A DNA stretch of 64,000 nt, from contig NC_042998.1 of assembly GCF_006345805.1 (NCBI RefSeq), positions 12,834,001-12,898,000 on the forward strand. Reading direction: 5' to 3'. This document shows, piece by piece, positions 1 through 12,061 of the stretch. The notes below the pieces were generated by a model, which ran no database searches, was not told the DNA's origin, and worked only from the letters and a program-made list of their open reading frames with translations. Each line of letters begins with the position of its first letter. Positions within the stretch are counted from its first letter, which is position 1. The translations under genes were made by a program, and so were the position numbers. Source of the DNA: Octopus sinensis. Taxonomy: Eukaryota.

Positions 1-117
1 TGTAACTAGTCGAAGCGATCTATTTTCTCATTCCTTGATTTGCATCATTATGTTTCTCTCTGTCTGTCTGTCTGTCTCTGTTTCTCTCTCTCTCTCTCCC
101 TCTCTCTGTGTATATAT

Positions 118-1070
118 ATATACTGAGAAAAAAGGAGGTCGCTAGAATTTTGGAAAATTTTTTTTATTATCTATTCATTATTATTAGCGCTGTCGTTCGT
201 CTTCGAACCTGTAAAATAATATTCTGAAAGTGCAATCAGGTTGTTCATACATGTAAATTAATTGTTTTTTGTTTTGTTTCTTAGAGGGGAACATTGTTTT
301 TAGTTTTTGTTTGTTTTTATGGCTGAGTTTCCAGGACAATGGAGATACATGGATAGATATATACGTAGACAAATAGATAGAGAGAGGGAGAAAGGAGGGA
401 TTTCGTTTCAATTTGGAACGTATTTAACATTCATCCATTTATTTATTTATTCATTTAGTTTCTTTTACCATTGTATACCTATTGACATGAGTTCAAGGAT
501 GGTGACCTCTCCAAGATGTCAGTTTTAGGGATGGGGAAAATAATGAAAAAAGGATGGAGCACGGTCATCACTGAAAGCATTTTTTTTTTAATGCTTTCAG
601 TGATGAACACACGCCATCCTATTTCATTGTTTTCCACATCCTAAAACTGACAACTTGGAGAAGTCACCATCCTTGAACTCTTGTCAATAGGTATTCAATG
701 ATAAACAATTAAATGAATGAATAAATGAATAATGATAAATACATTCCAGATTGAAAAGAAATCCATCCTCCCTATCTCTACCTATCTATCTTTCTGTCTA
801 CCTATCTGTCTATCTATCTATTTGTCTGTCTATCTGTCTGTCTCCATTGTCCTGGAACCTCACCCATAGAAACATAAAAAAGGAAAAAAAAAACGTTCCC
901 CTCTTCTAAACAAAAGAAACAGAAACATTTGATTTATATAAATGAACAACGTTTTTCCACATTCACAATATTATTTGACAAGTTCGAAGACGAACGAAAG
1001 CGCCAATAATAATGAACAGATAATAAATTTTGTGTTCAAAATTCTGGCGACCTCCTTTTTTCTCAATATA
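118..1070. mobile_element. Long imperfect inverted repeat (about 460 bp arms), probable inverted pair of Penelope-like terminal repeats with degenerate hammerhead motifs
   Basis: Left arm (gagaaaaaaggaggtcgctagaatttt...gcgctgtcgttcgtcttcgaacctg) is the reverse complement of the right arm (caagttcgaagacgaacgaaagcgcc...aaaattctggcgacctccttttttctc). Perfect 16 bp stem at 566-581/590-605 around a T8 loop. Hammerhead-like motifs at 970-1010 (+) and 181-220 (-). Confidence 0.75.
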
Positions 1071-1166
1071 CAATATCTGTACGCCATGTCCAACACTCTA
1101 CACACACACAAACACACACAAACACACACAAACGCACACACATACACACAGACAAACAATCACACA

Positions 1167-1537
1167 CGTACGACGACGCCGTGGAGATCTCATTCTTGCT
1201 CTCAACATCATAAGCAGAAAGTGTAACCTCTCGAAAGAGCTGTTCTTCACTCCTGCTCCAGAGCGTCGGCTGCGGGGTCATTCCGAAAAGCTCTATCTGC
1301 GACGATTTCATCTCAATCGAAGGAGACGGTTTTTCTCCGTCCGGTTTGCGGATCCGTGGAACAAGCTGCCAGACGAGATGGTGAAGATGCCGACGACCGC
1401 TCGGTTCAAAGTTTCCCTTGACCTCAAGTAGCCTGAACTCTTTACATGAACACCACCCTCTACATAACTCCATGTCGCCTTACATGGCCTTGCTTTTTGC
1501 TTTTTGAGCCAAAAAATTAACTAACTAACTGACTAAC
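1167..1537 (+). mobile_element. 3' fragment of a CR1/L2-type LINE
   Basis: Translation RRRRGDLILALNII...LRGHSEKL...RRRFFSVRFADPWNKLP matches the CR1 ORF2 C-terminal pattern (RR.RGDLI, RGH..KL, FFS.R....WN.LP). Stop at 1429-1431, then a (TAAC)n tail at 1518-1537. Flanked by CA-rich repeats. Confidence 0.8.
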
Positions 1538-1567
1538 ATACACACACATATTTAATTTTTTTATAGG

Positions 1568-1920
1568 TTATAGCCAGAGCCTGAGGCCGATCTGCTGCAC
1601 CGCCTTTACTACATCCAGGGACTTTTCCATTATTACTTCTGGTGAAGTCGCGAGTTGGACGTTACCACTACTTCGTGCCTCCTGCCGCGATGTGGTTCTA
1701 TCCGGTATTGTAGATGAAAAATTGTGTCGAAGTATTTTGAAGACATCCATGTCCACACCTTGCAAAATTCTGATGTTCTGTGGTAGTGCATTAAAAATTT
1801 GTGGTCCTTTTAATCCCAAACTATTACAATATTGTGTTCGCATCCTCGATGGGGGAAGATGGAACCTTTTGTAGGGTGCAGTGCCGCCCAGTTCGGGATT
1901 GTTGGAGATTTCGATTCCAA
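1568..1920 (-). mobile_element. Degenerate 3' fragment of a CR1/L2-type LINE
   Basis: NSLGLKGPQIFNALPQNIR...DVFK...STIPDR aligns by eye with the C-terminus of the intact ORF at 60069-62720 (TSIGPALFNITPGHVK...KFKK...QTVPDKP). Confidence 0.6.
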
Positions 1921-1945
1921 AATTATGCATATATATATATATCGG

Positions 1946-2099
1946 AGTAAACGCATAAATGTGAAACAAGGTGGAAAAAAGAGTACTCAAATACCAGCGG
2001 TAGAGTAATATGCTTTATTTAAAAGCAGCAGAAAATTCAACAAAACCTGTTACTCTGAGTAACAGGTTTTGTTGAATTTTCTGCTGCTTTTAAATAAAG
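1946..2099. mobile_element. Short PLE-like element ending in a perfect 43 bp palindrome, between (TA)n tracts
   Basis: 2013-2055 is the exact reverse complement of 2057-2099, with a 1 nt spacer. (TA)n on both sides. The PLE assignment is inference. Confidence 0.6.
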
Positions 2100-2129
2100 T
2101 ATGTATATATATATATATATATATATATA

Positions 2130-3110
2130 CAGACATGAAAGAAGTAAATAGACACCCTTATAATCATTAAGATTTATTTAAAACTGAAATTATACATTCA
2201 AAATATTTGTTAGTTGTTATAATGTGAACATTTAATATTTAGTAGACATGCTCTTTGCATTCTTTAATGCAAGGACCCTACAAGGCATGTCATTGATCAG
2301 ATGGTGAATATTCTCTTGAGGAATAACTTGCTAAGTTTCATGCAATAATTTCAAAAGATCTCGCTTTGAAGATGCTTTCTTGTTCTGTTTATGAAATGTC
2401 CTGGTCATTATGCCCCAGAGGTGTTCTATAGGGTTCATATTTGGTGACTGGCTTGGCTATGGAAGCTTTCTAAAGGCATTCTTTTCCAACAAATCTTGGG
2501 TCACCTTAATCTTGTGACAAGGATCCCACCTTCCATAAATAGATAGTCTTCTTTAATCATCTCACCACTGGATAAGTTTGGAAGGAGTCCTTTCTGCAAT
2601 ATGGACACATATTTATTTGAGTGTATCTTACCCTTACCCTCCACCAGCTCTGATCAACCATTGCTCCAAATTGTTCCCCAGACCATCACAGAATAGCTGC
2701 TGTTTTTCGTTACTGGTTGCAATCTTTTCACATCAAATTCTTTATCACAGAATCTCCAGACTCACACACCACTACAGTCAGGAAATACAGCCAAGCAAAT
2801 CTGGACTCATCAGAGAATATGACAGTGTTCTAAAATGTTAATGGCCTCTCCACCATCTCACTGGCCCAATCTTTTTTTCCGCTTCATATTGGCTTGGTCA
2901 AAGATGTGCCTTCTTTCTTCCTGCTCTGCCATAGTAATCAAGTTTGTGGAGATACCTGACAGCGGTTCTGGGACTGACATCAACTTGTTCTGCTATGTCA
3001 GAGGTCTTGCAACGAGGATTATCCTCCACACATCTCTTAGCAAAAAAAAAGGGTCCTGTGAGAGGGCCCTGGTTGATCTGGACGAGGTAACGTGGTCTCC
3101 GTCCTCTCTC
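2130..3110 (-). pseudogene. Tc1-like DNA transposon remnant (transposase pseudogene)
   Basis: Minus strand encodes RCVEDNPRCKTSDIAEQVDVSPRTAVRYLHKLDYYGRAGRKK (Tc1 HTH region) and PSQSPNMNPIEHLWG (Tc1 WP.QSPDLNPIE motif). Frameshifted. One terminus begins TA|CAGACATG at 2130. Confidence 0.8.
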
Positions 3111-3257
3111 TGGTGAATTGCACAATCACTCTATTAACTGTAGAAAGCGGGACCCCAAGGTTTTCACACTCACAGGAACACATACACACGCACGCTCAGG
3201 CAAACGCAGACGCGCACACACACAAACACACACACACAATTATACATACCTATATGT

Positions 3258-3305
3258 ACGACGGGCGTCTTTAGTTTCCCTCTGACAATGTACTCACGAG
3301 GCTTT
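3258..3305 (-). mobile_element. SINE family A fragment
   Basis: tacgacgggcgtctttagtttcc matches the family A segment tacgacgggcttctttcagtttcc. Confidence 0.55.
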
Positions 3306-3349
3306 GATATACATACATATCTGTGTGTATGTGTCCGTTTCTGTGTCTG

Positions 3350-3590
<241 letters not shown>

Positions 3591-4434
3591 TGATAGATAA
3601 CAAATAGATAGATGCAACCTGATATCTTATAATGAATGAAATAATTATAGCAATATATCTCTGGAACGAGATCCACCAAGAAAGATATAAATCAATGCAC
3701 TGACTCCGTAAATTCTATGATTTTTCATTGTGTTTAGTGTAGCGTCGCCATTTTGCGTCTCTTTATTCAAACCCAGAAACACTTGATCTCATTTCACTAA
3801 ATTCCAAATGAAATCAGCCAAATAATCGCCATATTTTGTAATATGTCCTCCTGGCCTTACCGCAGGAGAAAGACTATCTGTCACGAATACTTCTTGCAGT
3901 TGTAAACGAAAGATTAACAAGGTATATGGAAATATCGTCTTGAAATAACAAATTACATGTGTAAATATGGCTAAAGTTAGTGATACAGTATAGAAGTATA
4001 CTAACGTTCAGAAACCTCCACTCTGTTAAACTTTATGGGTTAAATAATGTACAATACTCTAGCATTTAACTTGTTCAACACCACGCCTACATGACATCTG
4101 AGTTCTAAGACAAACATTCAGCTATCTTAGTATATCAAACGCGTCAGTATCCGAAATGTAATTCTTTAAATATGATACACGTCTGCTACAATAACTACTT
4201 AGCTGCTATCTCTAGTAGTCTGATTAACCGCATAGAATTTCGCCCTTCAACTAGTCCTTCAAACTGATATCTAAAAGTTCATGTCACCTGGATAAAACTT
4301 TAAAACTTAGTATAGATTCTATAGTGAACAGATTTAACATTTAACTAATTTTACATCCTCTTGTACTGTAGAGATAAATAATAAACCAAGTGTTCATTGT
4401 CACATACAAAGAATATATATATATAATATATATA

Positions 4435-4478
<44 letters not shown>

Positions 4479-4490
4479 GAATGTATGTAT

Positions 4491-4555
<65 letters not shown>

Positions 4556-5997
4556 TATATATATGAATGTATGCATCGCCTTTTCTGAAGAATTATTGCT
4601 CATAAAATATGCATGTTGCAGTATAATGATTTTTTCTCTTGAAATCCAAAATTTAATCACTGCTGCTTCCTTGTGGCTTTTCTTATCTGAAAAATTACTT
4701 CTGATAAGAACATTCCAAATAATTATTTAGCGACAAATTCCAACTACGCATTAAATTTACACTTTTAATTGTATATCTCTTAATATAAAATGACACAATT
4801 TTGACAGCCAGTATATCAATTGATTATTCGCTCTTTGGCTAAATTTTCAATAAGTATTGTTTATTGAAAAAATAAAAAAAATAGACGCGCGCACACACCC
4901 AAAATCCCACCCCATACACAAAATACAAGAGACATCTTACTATTTTGCAACATGTATTCATAATTTAGCTGAAGTTTTAATTAGAATTCCTCTTTACTAA
5001 ATTTCCATAGATTTTCTTATGACACATTTAACAATGGCCTCAATAGTCATGAATTTAGTTGATTGTATAAACGCAATTCGGGAAATTTGATAATTAAGCT
5101 CCTCTTCCGTATTACCATAATATTTTTCTTTAAGTCATGTAAAGATGAAGATGGAATGGTTATTTTTTAAGTCAAAAACATCAGAACATGAAATGTGTTT
5201 TTTAATAAGCATTTCTGTTAGCTTAAGTTGGTTAACCTTCTTAAAAATTATTTGAGTTCTGAGTGAAAATTCCAAAATGGATTGTTTTTCGTCCGAATTA
5301 CTTGAAAAGAAATTAAGAAGACTATGCGTTTGAATATCTATTTTGTTTCCAAAACAAAAAAAAAAACAAAAAAAAAATTACAAACCTAAACAACGGAATT
5401 TCACCTCTTATTAAATTGTATTCTGTTTAACACCACCTATCAACAAACAAGCAGTACAACCTATTTCTGTGTGATTTCAAGAAGAAAAATATCCCTCATA
5501 TTATTCGCTTTTCCATTTTCTCAGAGTTGCTCTGATCCAAAAATAACTCCTTCATTCCTATAGACTCTGTTTTACACCTAATCACACTCGAGATATCGGC
5601 AACAGGTGTTGTTCATTTCTGTTGTACATTTAGCAGCTATAATTTACACTCTCTTACATCTAGACGGCAACAATTGTCAGAAAGTCTGTCATCATATATT
5701 AGGTATATGTTAGCTCAGCTGACAGCTCAGTAAGTCTGTTTAGACGTAGTGGCTAATCTACACCTAAACGCATTTCCAATATTTAGTTTTATGTGGAAAA
5801 ACAAATAACAAAAAGCAACAAGTTCATCGATATGTTAGTGTACTATTTGTACTTATTACCTTGAATGTCTTCGTCAATTTATTCGATCTAATTTTTATTG
5901 CTACTTGATCGATGTTAATTGATAATTTTCGGAACATAAATTTAAAACACGTCTATCATTAAACGAATTTTCCAGTTGCTATCTAATTCTATTCTAC

Positions 5998-6356
5998 CTG
6001 TAATTGCCTGACGCATCGGAGCTGGCGTGTGCTACATCAAACAGATTCGTCTGTACCAGCAGTACTTTAATAAATCTACACTGCACAGGTGGTACAGTGG
6101 ATAAAACGATAAAATTTGGTGAATATATAGTGAGCATGCTGTGGATATCGACAGAAGTTAAGTCCTGCTGCGAATACTCAATAACAGCAGGGAGTAGTTG
6201 AATTAGAAAAAGTAGTCTGGATTGGATCTTTGTAAACAAGAGGATTATGAGTGTATACGTGAATTGTTCCCTTCCCTCCATCCGGTGTTGAAATACTGGG
6301 AGACTTATCACGTACCGAAAGGGTCCTAAAAACAAACGATTCTTGAAAGTACTGGT
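5998..6356 (-). CDS. Candidate coding exon, product unknown
   Basis: Acceptor ttttgttaccag| at 6357 and donor CAG|gtagaa at 5997. One frame is open across all 359 nt (TSTFKNRLFLGPFRY...SDASGNY). Less AT-rich than the flanks. No domain recognised. Confidence 0.25.
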
Positions 6357-6444
6357 CTGGTAACAAAATCAGAAACAGTTATTGTCATATTAGTTTTAGA
6401 TGCTGGCATACTTCCAGCAGTTTTAGGAAGTGGTCAGGGACCGC

Positions 6445-7060
6445 GAGCTCTCAGGGTGGTTAGTACATCGGCAAAATATTTAGCGGCATTTCTCCAACTG
6501 TTTACGTTCTAAGTTCAAATACAGTGGTTAATGGTACCTTTCATTCTTCAGGGTCAATGAAATATCAGTTACAAATTTGGGTCGATTTATCCAATTCCAC
6601 TCTCCCTTAAAAAATATCTGGCCTTCTGTAAAAATGAGAAAAGACATTATAATTATTAAGATGGTAAACTGGTTGAAGCAGAGCGTCGATGAAAATATCT
6701 AACGGCAGTGGGATTTCTTCGACTCTACATTCTGATTATTTCGTCTAGGTTGACTTCGTATTGTATATCACAGCTCAAACAATACCATTAATCCTCGAGT
6801 ATAATCTGCATTTCCCCCCAAAATTTAGAGGTCAAAACCCCTTGTGCGTACTATATACGAGGTTAAAAATGAAAAACATTTTCTAAGCAATGTCCGAGTC
6901 TTTATTTGTTGTCCGGCAATGTTTATTCAGATGCATTTTGTAATGTCGGGCGCGAAAATAACTTAAGCTGCGTATTATACTCAAGTGTGGACTATACTCG
7001 AGGATTTACGATAAGTACCCGTTGAGCACTGGGCTTGATGATATCGTCTACCTCTCTCTC
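6445..7060 (+). mobile_element. Two old, degenerate SINE family C copies; the second is split by a MITE
   Basis: tacgttctaagttcaaat...ctttcattcttcagggtcaatgaaat in the first copy. After the MITE, agtacccgttgagcactggg continues the family C pattern taagtaccagttgagcactgggg. Confidence 0.5.
6785..7011. mobile_element. MITE (Tc1/mariner/pogo-type), 227 bp
   Basis: Terminal inverted repeats ccattaatcctcgagtataatc / gactatactcgaggatttacga, flanked by TA (6783-6784, 7012-7013). No ORF. Confidence 0.8.
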
Positions 7061-8204
7061 CACAAAAATTGCCCGCTTTGTACTAAAATTTGAAACACTG
7101 CCGTCCGGCTGGTAGGGTCGTTAGTATGGCAAACAAAATTCTTAAGGGTATTTGTTCCGGTTTTAGTTTCTGAGATCAAATTCAGCAGACGTCTATAATG
7201 TCTTTTATTTTTTCCGAGTCGATAACATGTGTACCAGTTAAACACAATAGGAGAAATGATTATTATTATTATTATTATCGTTGCTGTTGTTGCTCTGTTT
7301 TTGTTTCTTTATTTGTGATGTTAGTGTTGTTGCTGTTAATAATATTATTAACGTTAATCAATGATTGTTATTATTTTTGATATTGTTATTCCTCTTGATA
7401 TTACTTCCTTCATTCTCATTCGATTATCTCAGATCTGATATCTGGTAACTAAGTTTTCATCGATCTTATAGCATGCCGTGTACAAACGCAGCCAACGCAA
7501 ATATTTAGTATAAAAGGAGTGGTTCGAAACTAGATTTCTCTTTAAAGCCATATTAATTAAATATGCAAATCTGTAATATATATTCGGGCTATTCACATTT
7601 ATATTGTTAAACTACTTTAGTGTCCTTTATAATTCAGAAATTTATATTCAACAGATAAAATATATTATCGAATCCCTGACAAGATAATTCAATCTTTTTG
7701 AATATTTCAGCTATATTACTTTTTAAAACCCTATACTTGAATAATGAATATTAGAAAGTTGTATAAATGGCTTGGAGCTTAGAAGTGAGCATAAGAGCGT
7801 CGATTGCTTAGATAACGTTTTGTATTTAGTTTGTAATATTAAGTTTCGGAGCACTTACTATTCAAATAACAAAATTAAATTAAAATAATAATACCTCTCC
7901 AGTGAATCAATTATTGATATCCCATTCAAATTATTATTTCCATAAACTTAGCTTTTCCGTTAATCAGTAATAACATTTAGGTAAAATCTATAGATGATCT
8001 GAGGACATTTTACGGTACAGCGCAATCCTACAAAACTTCAATTATCAAACAAAGAATGTTAGAATGTGTGCTTGATGAATTATTGCTAGTATAATGTAGT
8101 GTAACATTTCATGACAAAGTAACACTGGCAGAGAAATATTAGTGAACAATGGTTTGTCATATATTGTATTTAGATATATGGGCATCACCGAAATAATTGC
8201 ATAA

Positions 8205-8291
<87 letters not shown>

Positions 8292-9349
8292 ATGTATATA
8301 TATATATATACATATATATATATACATATATAATGTGTGTGTGGATACATACATACATATATGTGTGTGCATAAACACACATATGTATGTATGTATATAA
8401 ATACGTATGTATATGTATAATTCATCTTGTAACGAAGGGTATAGTAAATCAACAGTAATCGCATTGAAATTCACTTGCATTGATACACAAAGAATTGTAG
8501 GACATCTACATATGAAAGTCCAGGCAACTTACATGCTGTAGTAGAGTAGCCATATGATGCGACTGTTGTTCTTTCAACACAAACCTTCATATTCGGGATA
8601 TATTACGTGTTTCTTTCTTTGCATATGTCTCACCCTCCCTCTCTACATCTGTTTATCTTTCTCTCTTTCTATCATCATGTAGATATGTGTGCATGAATGT
8701 TTATGCACGCGAGCGTTTTTATACCATACTTGGGTAAAACGAAGGAGTTACGTTGACGTTCAAATGTCTAGCGATCACCGAATTTAATAAGCTTATACAA
8801 GACACTATTAAGCTTATACAAGACACTAATGATACATGGCATTAGGTCATAGAGAGCCCTCCTCATTCACGTGTGTAAAGTACGATGCCATTGATTACAA
8901 ATAATCTTAGATAATATCAGTGCAGCTTATCAGGCACAATAGGTAAGAAGTATGCAACATCATCTGATGGCACAAGAATAATTTTTCATAAACGTGATGG
9001 GATAATTTTTTGTCGGAAGGTGCGGTGACAGTAAAAGAGTAAAGAGTATATATTTATATATCCATTATCCAAATCCATCCTCCAATAAAAATGCTAATTG
9101 TTCCCCTGATCTTCGCTCTTAATTTCAGTGTAAGCCTCCTTTGTTATATATTGTCCTCTCTCAATCCAGTTACATCTTGGGTATATAGCATTCAGTCATC
9201 AACTTCAGGACCATCGGTTTGATGCTACTCTCTCTGTTTACTGCCTCTATTTTAATTGTCACTGTCCCTGGAAGTATACTGTTCTCGTATCTCCACATCT
9301 CAGGCACCATCATAAAATTTAGTTTCTCTACATCGCAAACCATCACATA

Positions 9350-10619
9350 CGAGGGGCGTTCAATAAGTAATGCCCTTCACCCACTTCCCATAGCAGTAGA
9401 GCAAAGAAACTTGGCACAGTTATTAGTCTTTTCCTACATAGGAACTACCCAGAGTTATGCATTTCTCCCATCGTTTGATACAGCTCTGGAGACCGTTTTT
9501 GTAGAAGATCCCAGCTTGGCCCTCCAGCCACGACGTGACTTCAGAAATCAAGGCTGCATCATCTGGGAAACGCTTTCCTTTCAAAATCAACTTCATGGCT
9601 GGGAAGAGGTGAAAATCAGAGGGTGCAAGGGGAGGAGTTCATAGCTGCACGCCTGTGCTTCTGATCTGGCGACACGCGAGTTGTGGACCGGAGCGTTGTC
9701 CTGCAGGAGGTGGATGCCTTTGCTGATCTTGCCCCACCCTCTTGATTTTGATAGCTTCTCTTAATTTCCTCAAAAGTGAAGCATAATAGGCTCCTGTAAT
9801 TGTGGTACCCTTTGCCAGGAAATCTGTCATCACTACTCGTCCTGGTCCCAGAAGACTGTGAGCATAACCTTGTCAGCGGAGGGCTGCACCCTTACCTTCT
9901 TTGGGGGAGGTGAGTCACGGTGCTTTCACTGCATTGACTGGGCTTTGGTCTATGGATCAGAGTGATCGACCCAGGTTTTGTCCTGTGTGATCGGTCTTTT
10001 GAAAAATTTTGACTCATCTTCTTGGCACATCTCCAAATTCATCCTCGTGCACTCAACGCGTTCTTGCTTCTGGAAAGGTGTGAGCAGCCTGGAAATCCAT
10101 CTGGCAGACACCTTTTGCATATGCAAATGGTCATGAATGATAGTTTCCACAGACCCGGTACTAATCTTGACCTTATGGGCTATTTGGCGAATAGTTATGC
10201 GTTGACCTTCCAAAATGGCAGCCTCAACATGACGGACAGATGCCTCATCAATGGCAGAAAGGGGGCGACCAGATCTGGGAGCTGTTTCCACAGAGTTCCG
10301 ACCATGTTTGAATTCACGATGCCAGCGTTTTACAAGGTCATATGATGGGGCATCATTACCATAAGTTACTTTCATTTCATGAAAACTCACCCGTGGTGTG
10401 CGTCCTTTCAAATACAAAAACCGGATCACTGCTCGACACTCAACAGGCTCCATTTCACACTTGACTCAGTTCAAACACCTGTAAATCAGAAACCACAACG
10501 AGTCCAGGGCTGTAATTCGCCACTTATTCTATAGAGGTATGAATAAGTGCACATCCAAATCTCAGCTAGATCCAACAACTGCAAGTGGGTCAGGGGCATT
10601 ACTTATTGAACGCCCCTCG
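9350..10619 (-). mobile_element. Full-length mariner element (1270 bp) with disrupted transposase
   Basis: Perfect 26 bp TIRs (cgaggggcgttcaataagtaatgccc at 9350-9375, reverse complement at 10594-10619) with TA on both sides. ATG at 10453: MEPVECRAVIRFLYLKG...TQDKTWV, LLQDNAP, LAPSDFHLFP. Frameshifts present and HPPYSPD deleted. Confidence 0.95.
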
Positions 10620-10726
10620 TATATATAAGTTCAGCAAAAATTTAGATTCAAATGAATATGGTACTTAATTTAGATGCAACAGAATTTTGTATGGCGTTAT
10701 CCATAAAAATCCGTGGGGTGATTATA

Positions 10727-10853
10727 ATCAAAATAAGCAACAAGAATGACTCCGGACTCCGGTAATTTGGCATGATCGTTTCGTACTACAATATGATGTA
10801 GTACGAAACGATCGTACCAAATTACCGGAGTCATTCTTGTTGCTTATTTTGAT
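10727..10853. repeat. Near-perfect 60 bp palindrome containing a hammerhead 3' half (PLE-derived)
   Basis: 10727-10790 pairs with 10797-10853 (6 nt loop, 7 bp duplication actccgg in the left arm). Right arm reads GTAC-GAAA-CGATCG-TA-CCAAATT. Followed by (TA)n. Confidence 0.75.
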
Positions 10854-11497
10854 ATATATATATACATACTGGGTACGGCATATGCGTTTGCTCATTACTT
10901 TAACCATAATGCACCATGCTCTTCAGTTCAGAAAAGATTAAGGGCTACAAGGAAAGCAAATTTGGCCATTTTGGATTGTAAATATGTGTTAAGTATTGTC
11001 AATAAACATAACAATCCCCTAAAGTTCCGTAAATAAAAGAATCCAAATCTTTTTCTTTTGTGATAAAAAGAATACTGTGTAGTTGTCTCAGTTATAAGAT
11101 TCGATGTACTAATAGGTGAGTGCCTCTAAAATGATGTTCAGCTTCATTTGGGAAGGAATTTGCATGTGTGTATCTACACAAATTGAAACACATTTAGGAT
11201 ATAAAAGTAAGTGTATTTGGCACTGAAATGCAATATCAGGATCACCCTTTTGGTAACTACTATAGAACAGTTTATTCTAACAGAATATCCCGGTTTTAGT
11301 CGGGATAAACATCACCACTCTGTAACAATACTGTCTCTGTGGTTAGTTCAGTCACTCTCGCATTGAGGGAAACATATAGTTGTAAGTAGGAAATGAAACC
11401 GTAATGCAGATGCATGAGTAGGTTACTCTTTTCTTTACAGCTATTACACATGTTTTTCACTTTAGTACCACTCAAATTATCTAAATACGCGCGCGCG

Positions 11498-11534
<37 letters not shown>

Positions 11535-11535
<1 letters not shown>

Positions 11536-11673
11536 CGACGGGCTTCTTTCAGTTTCCCTCTATCAACTCCACTGACACTTGCCCAAATGCCATGCAGGTG
11601 CAATGCAGTGGGACTGAACGCAGAATCATGCCATTGAGAAGCAAGATTCTTAACAGAAAGACACTCCCGCACC
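11535..11673 (-). mobile_element. SINE family A 5' half (internally deleted)
   Basis: tacgacgggcttctttcagtttcc...gacacttgccc...gcagtgggactgaac...cactcccgcacct. Flanked by microsatellites. Confidence 0.8.
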
Positions 11674-11687
11674 TATATATATATATA

Positions 11688-11718
<31 letters not shown>

Positions 11719-11762
11719 AGTGTGTGTGTGTGTGTGTGTGTGTGTGGTGTGTATATGCAAAA

Positions 11763-12061
11763 AGCGGTGAGCTGGCAGAAATGTTAGCACGCCGGGCGAA
11801 ATGCTTAGCGTTATTTCGTCTGCCGTTACGTTGTGAGTTCAAATTCTGCCGAGGTCGACTGTGCCTTTCATCATTTCGGGGTCGATAAATTAAGTACTAG
11901 TTACGCACTGGGGTCGATATAATCGACTTAATCCGTTTGTCTGTCCTTGTTTGTCGCTTATGTGTTTAGCCCCTTGTGGGTAGTAAAGAAATAGGTATTA
12001 CGTCTGTCGTTACGTTGTGAGTTCAAATTCCGCCGAGGTCGACTTGGCCTTTCATCCTTTC
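11763..12061 (+). mobile_element. SINE family C, full copy plus a fused partial second unit
   Basis: gcggtgagctggcagaa...gagttcaaattctgccgaggtcgactgtgcctttcatcatttcggggtcgataaattaagtac...gggtagtaaagaaatagg, then the unit restarts at acgtctgtcgttacgttgtgagttcaaattcc. Confidence 0.9.

Noticed and set aside
3770-3870. YY1-like CAAAATGGCG and a GTAAGG donor on the minus strand
   Set aside because: The ATG opens only a 5-codon frame, and no consistent exon chain with 5998-6356 could be built.
8788-8828. 21 bp direct tandem duplication (similar 38 bp duplication at about 18066-18135)
   Set aside because: An ordinary slippage duplication with no further structure.
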